From: Lytechinus pictus
Taxonomy: Eukaryota
Assembly (NCBI RefSeq): GCF_037042905.1
Contig: NC_087254.1
Coordinates: forward strand, 16,306,001-16,370,000
Reading direction: 5' to 3'
Length of the DNA: 64,000 nt
In this document: piece after piece, positions 52,280 through 61,200 of the stretch
Position numbering within the stretch: position 1 is the first letter of the stretch
How the letters are laid out: every line of letters starts with the position of its first letter
Made by a program: the position numbers and the translations under genes
The notes under the pieces: model-generated
What the model was told of the DNA's origin: nothing
The model's input: only the letters and a program-made list of their open reading frames with translations
Database searches by the model: none

Positions 52280-55200
52280 ATGAGGATGATGGTGATGATG
52301 ATGATGAGGAGGAGGATTAGGATCGTNNNNNNNNNNNNNNNNNNNNNNNNNNNNNNNNNNNNNNNNNNNNNNNNNNNNNNNNNNNNNNNNNNNNNNNNNN
52401 NNNNNNNNNNNNNNNNNNNNNNNNNNNNNNNNNNNNNNNNNNNNNNNNNNNNNNNNNNNNNNNNNNNNNNNNNNNNNNNNNTGATGATGATGGTCATCAT
52501 GATGGTGTTGATGTCAATGATGATCATTATCATGGTAGTGATAATAATGTCGTTCATGATGGTGGTGGTACATGGTATTGATGTTCATCTTCGTAGTGGT
52601 GGTGATGATTCAGAAATTGATGTTATGATAATGATGAAGATGATAATTTTTCAATAAACTTTACTTTTGATTACTAAATTTATATAATTATTTTTACGGT
52701 CTTTTTTATTTGATTTCTGATTATACAGATTTTTTTTTTGCAGATTGAGTACTTGGAAGTAGCCTACCTGTATGACTGTGAAGGGTACCAGGTATTTCAT
52801 TTTACTATTTAGTTTTATCATGATCAATAAAAGTTTTTATCGTTTCATTCTTCAGAAATATATTTTATGAGGAAAATGTATATTATGCATAAACATAGTG
52901 AACTGTGTTAGGCAGAAAATAAGGTATTTAAAATTACTTTATTAAAGCCCTGTTCTTGCAGCCACAAGTTATGAATAGAGAGAAAAGGCATCAGCATAGT
53001 TGCTGATGTGGTGGTAACCCCCCCCCCCCACAAAATATTGTCACACAAAATGTATATTTTTGGTGTGAACATTATTGTATTGCATTTGTCTGCATTATCA
53101 AAGTGTACCTTACTTATTTTACTATGTTGTCTACAAAACAATTACAGGAAAAGATGGAATAACCATTTCTTACATGTGTCCAAGATTTTACTGCCTGTTT
53201 GCTTCGCTCTTCCAAATTTCAGGAATATCAAAAACTTGTCCCATTAATGCTACTGCACACCTTACTATTGGTCTGTGACCCGATTTGGGAATAAATCGTA
53301 CTAAAATTTGATGCGAATATTGACAAATGGAACATCTTACTATATAAAATTTCTAAATCTTTTTATACTTACAAATTTGTGACTGTGCTACCATCCTTAT
53401 GAGGATAAAAGCAATTTGCCTCCAATATGAAACTTATTTTGACTTTACTCCAAAAAAAGGTTTGCAATCATTCAATTTGTTATATTAGTATTCTTACAGT
53501 AAATTTGAAATGAAAAATAGTTTTCATTCACATTTTCAGAAAATAAACAAAATGTGATTTGTTCCAAAGTCGCATTGTGGACCAGTCATAAGGTGTGCAG
53601 AAGCTTTTTTGCCTCATCCAATGTCACTGGAGTGAGATGTAGTGAGTGTTATCCCAAGACAGCAGATTATCCATCAAAATTGAATCTGTTACACTTAGGC
53701 GATTCATTGTTTTATTTTCCTGCAGGCTCATTGTTGTATCTGTGCCGAGGGTGACAAGATCACGCTTTGTGATAATCAAGGTTGCTATCACTCTTACTGC
53801 ACAGCTTGCATGGATTATCTTGTTGCGCCACAAGAATCAAACAGGGTGAGTAAGAAACTTTTTTTTCTGATCGAAAATTCATCGTTAGAACACTGAAATG
53901 TATGAATACTATATGTTGTAATTTGGTTGAGTACCTCAAAACAATTTTAAAAATGCATTTTCCTGTTTTATAGTCAACAAATCGCATGAAATGAAACATG
54001 AAAGATGGAAAGAGAGTGGCTAAGATTACTCGTCAAGAGAAAGAGGTTGTTTTAATTTTAATTGAGTTGTTTGTAAGATATAACATAGAAAGGGGTTGTT
54101 GCAATTGCAGTAAAACGTTTGTAATTGTAATTGAATTGTTCACATAACTTTACACTTCAATTCAATTCAAGACTTTATTCCAGACACAGCTGCATAAGCA
54201 AAGGTCCATATAAACAAACAAAGTATACATCAAGACAGACATACAGAGATAAAGCTAGATGGAACAAAGAACAGATAATTATGTATAGAGAGTAGAACAA
54301 GGTATAAAATAATCACACTAAAATTATACTAGAAATTAACAATGAATACACAAAACAAAATGACAGCAATGTATAAAAAGTATACTGAAAACATTTACAT
54401 ATGGCAATATAAGTAACTTGTTTACAGTCTAAAGATTTTTCTACAATATAGCAGGTCCTTTATAAAAAATGGTGGATTTGTTAAGTTCAGCAAATGGCAA
54501 AGAAGGGTGAAATTTACTTCTATTTCATATACTATAAGAATGCATTGAATGCTACGATGTGAAGTACTTTTAAACTTGACTCTTTCTTCCCACTTATAAA
54601 CCTCAAGGTATCCAACCAAGATCCTTGGTCCTGCTACCTCTGTTCGGGTGACCGTTGCCATGGTTACTTGACACGCCGAGACGACTGGCAGGAGCAGCTG
54701 GTGGAGTTTTTCAACCGCGATCAGATCGCCGATTTTGAACCCCTGCGAATGTACAAGCCCCTCCTCCTAGCTGAGCGTAGACCAATCAGAGTCTTGTCTC
54801 TTTTCGATGGACTAGGCACAGGTAGCCTGTAACTTTTTGTAAAATGTATCATTAGGAATGGGCTATAAATGGATGATTTTGGGGGTATTTTGTGTTCCTT
54901 TTACCTTATCTCAACTGGCAATATTTTTTGTTGTGGGTCCGAGAAAAAAGTGTGCCGGGTCAAAATCCAAAATGGCCGCCTAAACCCCCCCCCCCCCCAT
55001 CACATTTTTGGTCACAACTGCTTTATTTGGTGGTCTTTTTCTCTGGTTTTGGTTATCTATTCATATGTAATTGGGGGGCAGGCTACTTGTTTTTCCTAAA
55101 ATTAGTATTTTTAAACCATGATTTGTATAGTTAAAAGGTGATTTTACTTAAATTAACAATTTTTTAGAGCCCCTTTCAGCCAGAAATGTAGGTTTCATCG

Positions 55201-58200
55201 TCTTGTGGTTCTTGGATGTTAGACGATACCAGTTGAACAGTAGCAATCAGCTTCATATAGCTATATTGCTTTTATTCCTCTAATTTGGGTTTTATGGATA
55301 TTTGCGAAATGTACTATAATACATCTTGTTGATATCTATTTTCACTGTTTCTGTTATGACTTTTATTATTGTTTTGTTATATATTACTTTTGTATATTGT
55401 ATATTTTGAAATTCTGATACTTATGTGAATGCAGAAATAAAATGAAATCAACTAAAGTCAACCAAACTTAAGTTATCAAAGCAGTAATCAAATTTGGATA
55501 TTTTATTACGGATGTCGCATGTATTATGATATTGTAATTGTAAATGTTGTATGCCACTATTGTAATCTGTAAGGATACATTTATTAGTAATAATGAATAT
55601 GTAAGGCTATATGACACTGCAAATGAATATTATATTTTATTGTTGCTTGAATAATCAGTGGTTTATCAGTGGAAGAACAGCATATATGTATTTTTCACTT
55701 GATCTATTCCTTTGACCTTGCAACTTGCAATCATTTTTTTTGCGTCCCCAGTGCCTGGCTGCAAAAAGCGAACTGAAACACTGTGACCTGCAGGTCTCTC
55801 CCAATGTAACTGCTATTTTAACTCGATATATTTGGGGTGTGTCTGTGTCTACTGTACCTCTTAAAGGACAAATCACGCAAATATCCATATGACCTTTCCT
55901 TCTTGACCTTTGACCTTAATATTGCTAGGTATGTTATTGTTATAAGGAGCTTGCTTTGTTTGAGTGAGAAGGCTGTCACTGGGTCTGTTGTACATTACGA
56001 GGGACAGATCAACCAAATGTTCATGACTTTTCACCTTTGACCTTGCCAGGTATGCTTGTGTTGAAGGAGCTTGGTTTTGATGTGGAGTGTTACTATGCAT
56101 CTGAAGTGAGTGAGGAGGCCATCACTGTGTCTACTGTACGCCTGAAGGGACAGATCAAACAGATTGGCGATGTTCAGAAGATCACCCCTAAGGAGGTACG
56201 ATAAACAGTAAAAAAAATCTTATTTTAGAGAGAGAGTAGCAGCAGTCTGATATTACTCAAACATTAGATACAAATGTTTTATGGAACAATTAAAAAGTTC
56301 AATTGGAATGATTAATTTGTTGGGTGAAAACGACAAGAAATAAGATATTCATTTTGACAAGTCTCCGATGATACCACAAGGGTTATTCACGCTACTGCTG
56401 TGTGAAGTAAAAAAAAGTTCTTAAACTTTGAACCAAGAGGCACAGGGCTCAAATCCCACCTTGGCTTTGATGTCCTGTAGCAAAGCATTTGTCTACATTT
56501 GCCAGGTGTAAATGGGTACCTGGGGTCCGTCTTACAAAGAGTTGCGATTGATCCGATCAATCGCAACTATGGAAAGCCAGCAAAGTCAAGATATAAAATG
56601 CATGTTTGTTCAAATTATTTTTAGATATGACTGTATATCCATAAATTCAGTGATTTCTTGATAATTTGATGTGTTCTCCTTTGTTCACAAAGGACATTTT
56701 GCAAATTTCCTGTAGAAATGTTTTTGACACTGATGGAATTCCAAAGAGTTACGATTGATTGGATCAATCAATCATAACTCCTAATCAATTGTAATTCTTT
56801 TTAGACAGGGCCCTGATATGCTCAAGCTCAAGTTACCAGCTCTGGGGCCCGTTGCAGAAAAAGTTACGATCATACGCAACTAAAAAAATATTGAGCAACT
56901 TGATTTTCAGCCAATGAAGCACTCGTATTTATTACTTGCGCTTGATATTTTAACCTGCGTTTAAACGCAACTCTTTCTGCAACAGGCCCCTGAAGCATCA
57001 TGAGCATCACAGCATGCTGTGTATGAGTGTGATCCAAGTGGTAACAACATAAATAGAATTTACTACAATATCTAAAGGCTTTGTGACAAGTATCAAGGAT
57101 TTTCGTAAGAGTCTCAGAGACTTATCCAGCACGACATATTTGAATTTCCATCCATTGGAATTCATATTTGTAAAAGAAATGTGTATGTATGGCCCTTGAT
57201 TTTGATTTATATTTGTAGCAAGATGAATTTAGTTCTTATGTTAGTTAGGCAGTCTATAGACCAAGAGACATTATTTATAGTATTATTCACTGTTCACACG
57301 TATTTTATGTAAAAATACCAAAGATTTGAAGGAATCAGTCTCGACTAGCACTTGTGCTACCTTCTGGTTCCTTCTTAACAACATTCAACCATATACGTAT
57401 CTTTTTGATAGATTATCAATATTGGAAACTGTGACTGGGATCTTAAAAAATGTTAAAACATTTGTTTTAGGTTTATACACGCACGTCACATTTTATGTAT
57501 TCAGATTTATCGTTTTGTATTCTCATTTTATCCTTTATAATGTTAGCAATTACATCTGTATACTAGAATAGTTACGTTTGTGCTGTGATGTTAACACATT
57601 GTTATCGTTATTGTTATTGTTGTTAAGTAAATAAATAAACTCAAACTCAAATCATTTGGTAAAGATTCAAATGAATATGAAAAATCCATATTTTATTGTT
57701 AGAAATAGAAATCTGAGAATAGAGATATTCAAAAAATAAAATGATTGTGGGCTCTGCAGCCACTGTGCAGTGCCAGATCGACGAGGCTATATCCCTTAAA
57801 ATGTTCAACGCCAAACAGGGCAACTCCCATCTATTTACGTATTTTGATCTGACGTGGCTGGAATTTCAAACCCCCGACCTCCGGGTTGTGAGACGGACGC
57901 CCTACCAACTGAGCCAACACACCGGTTAGTGTGATGTGCTTGTTCCCATATTGATGGTGATTTTGAATTTTGTGTACAGCTCAAATCGTGGGGACCCTTT
58001 GACCTTCTCATTGGGGGTAGCCCATGCAACGACCTCTCCATTGTCAATCCTGCCCGAAAGGGCCTCGGTGGAGGGACGGGCCTCCTCTTCTTTGAGTTCT
58101 ACCGGATCTTGCGTGACCTTCAGCCCCTTCCAGATGACCCTCGACCTTTCTTCTGGCTGTTTGAGAACGTAGTGTTCATGGGACGCAAGGATAAGCTTGC

Positions 58201-61200
58201 CATCTGCAGGTTCCTTCAGGTGTGTGTTTTTGTCTATTCATGTGTAACTCATATTTCTTTACCTGTGTTTTGTTTAGGAATTTTCTGCTTTACCAATCAA
58301 AGTTGTCATTCTAAATTTTCAGCATATTTTTCAGCTATAGAAAACACAATTTTTTTTCCAAATGTGCCCATTTTAGATAAGTATCACATTTTTTATCAAA
58401 TCCCATCTAGTAACGCTACAAGAAAAGTAATCAAATTTTTTTTTTTTTTTTTTTTAGTAATTCCATAACGATAATTTAAAAAATAATGGGTATTTGTATA
58501 GCACATATATCCAACTTGTTGGGTGCTCAAGGCACTCCTCTCTCTCTATCACCCCAGCTGAAAGCTAGTCTACCATTTCCAATGCTCACATCCTTTAACC
58601 CAATGTGCTTAATAGGCCCTGTGGTTAGGCATTGATCCCCATTGCCGGGTCTCTTGGTAAGGAATCAAAGCCATAAGTCCTCTGCTTTATAACTTAGCAT
58701 GTTTGCCCTGCGTGAGTTATAATAACCATCACTATTTGTTCATGTTTCTCAGTGTAATCCTGTGATGATAGATTCCCGTCACATGTCGCCCACCCACAGA
58801 GCCAGGTACTACTGGGGAAACCTACCAGGAATGCATCGGTAAGAAACTTCAATTGGTGCTGAGCTGTTGAAACCATTTAATTAAAAAATATATATTTTAG
58901 AGCTGATATGAAAATAGTGGCAAACTCATAGGCCCGAATTCACAAAGGTGGTTTTGAAAACCCACGGTTAAATCCATGGTTTATGCAGATTTCCTGTATA
59001 AATTACGCTTAATTTAGGGTGTATCGGGTGCATGTATAAAAAATTTCCAATGGTGATGCGCGATTTTGTCACAGTGCGCCAAATTGACGCCTGTTACCAT
59101 GGTTAGATATGCTATTTCATTAATGAGTCCACTGTTTGAAGAGTGGACTGCTTAATTCAAAACAGTGGATTCATGAATAAAACAGAGTGGATAACCACAG
59201 CAGCAGCAGACCTGCCAACCAGTACGTTTTTTGCGTATTTAGTACGTTTTTACAACCAAAATACGGCAGTACGTTTTTCTTTAAAAAAATAAGTTTTTGT
59301 AAAAAATAAAATTGTAATTTATTGAGAAAAATCATCTCTATATGTCTCTATTTTATAAAACTTACACAAATATGGTTATTAGATCAATGTAATTTCAGGT
59401 AACTTGTTTTTTTTTTCAATCATTTTGTTAAAACCAGGGTGAGTTATACACATGTTTCAATGTTTTTTTTCCATCTGCAAGAGCAGTGCGCATTTTAGCT
59501 TGCATGCAGCTTAAGTGCGCGATGAGTGAGTGCGCCATGCATTTTATTATGAAGTACACTTTTTTGGGGGAAAAATACAGTTTTTTTTATTACAGAATAC
59601 AATTTTTCATTTCCAGAGTTTGGCAGGTCTGCAACAGGCGTCAATTTGGCGCACTGTGACAAAAGCGCATATGGGCATTTTCACCACAGATGGACACAGA
59701 GGCAAAAAAATCAAGTTGATATTCATGTCAAATGCTTTATGTTTTTTAATAAAACAAGACCTGAAGTTTCTGAGACACAAATTTTTCCGACTCTGGCAGC
59801 CATTTTTTATTTCAAAATGGCTGCCAAAGTATGGATACAAATTAGTGTTGAAAATAGCGTATTGATACATATTTTGTTTTGACAGATTTTTAAAGAACAG
59901 GTTTGATCATGATGTTTTCGCCTGTGATTTAGCTTGCTATTATAACACTTTTTAAAATCCCACAGAAAGAAACACCAGTAATTCATTCATCTGATAAAAA
60001 AACATTGATGAAGTATGTGATATGGTATGTAATGTCAGTTACCGAAAACATGAACTTTTTTTTCTCATTTCCTGGAAAAGAGGATATATAATATGAAACT
60101 TGGTAGATTTCCTCTCTAGGTAACACCCCTCCCTTCTACACCAAAATTAAAGATTACCAATTAACAATGAAGCCATACGGTACCATTAAATATATGTAAT
60201 GTCAGTTACCAAGTGGAGAATGTAATGTCAGTTACCATGATAAAACGTTGGTTACCAATATTGAAATGCAAATATGTGGTCAATTTTATGGAGAAGAAAT
60301 ATTGTACACTTGTTATTTAAGTCTCACTTTAAAAGTCACACCAGAAGGAGCTTGCTATTGACTTTTAAAAGGTATAGTTCACAAGGAATACTATATAAAA
60401 TTATGAAGGAAGTTGCATTCCCATCGTGCAAAAAAAAATTACTATGAAATTGTTTTGTACATGCACTTACCAACTACCAAGTACTTAATTGTTTGTATCA
60501 GACAATTTTTTGTTTGGTTTTCGGGGGGGGGGGTAAGGGGTACTTTTCCCAACCTATTGCCTAAATCTGCAACATTTTCAAGCTTAACATTGTGATGAAG
60601 GGGATTTCCAGGGTCCCTTTTTTAGTTTCTAGGATTCTTTTGAGCATTGCCTCGCTAAAAGTAAATTCCTGGTTTTTATACCTGTTAGTGTGGATGTGTG
60701 ATACAATTTTGTTTTTGGTTTACAAGTATAGATGAAAAGTGAAATTTGACAGTTCTGAGCAATGTTGCATGGATCTACTAAAACTGTTTTTTTTTTTAAT
60801 TTACAAATAGTTCAGTTTCAGTTTAGAAGCTGGAGTTTATTTTTTATTTTTTGTTGACAGCTAAAAAAAGAAATTAGCAAAGAAAATGATTAAACAAATT
60901 ATGAAGAGAATTGAAATCGGACAGATATGAACAAGCATTGCTTGCACTGACCAGAATAGAAATCAATAAAACTACATGGCTGCATGAGATTCGGGGGAGG
61001 GGTACGTGTAGCCTAGGGGAGGAGACCCTTATTCATTTTGCCTTTTTTGAGGGGAGGGGGAGGTTGGAGAAGGAAAAGGTTTAAAAAGTCAATATAAAAC
61101 TGATGAATATATTATGGGTGTATAGTCAGAAAAATCCATGTGTACAGTCAATGCAATATTAGATTACTATAGGAAAACATGTAGCTGCTATGACCCCACC

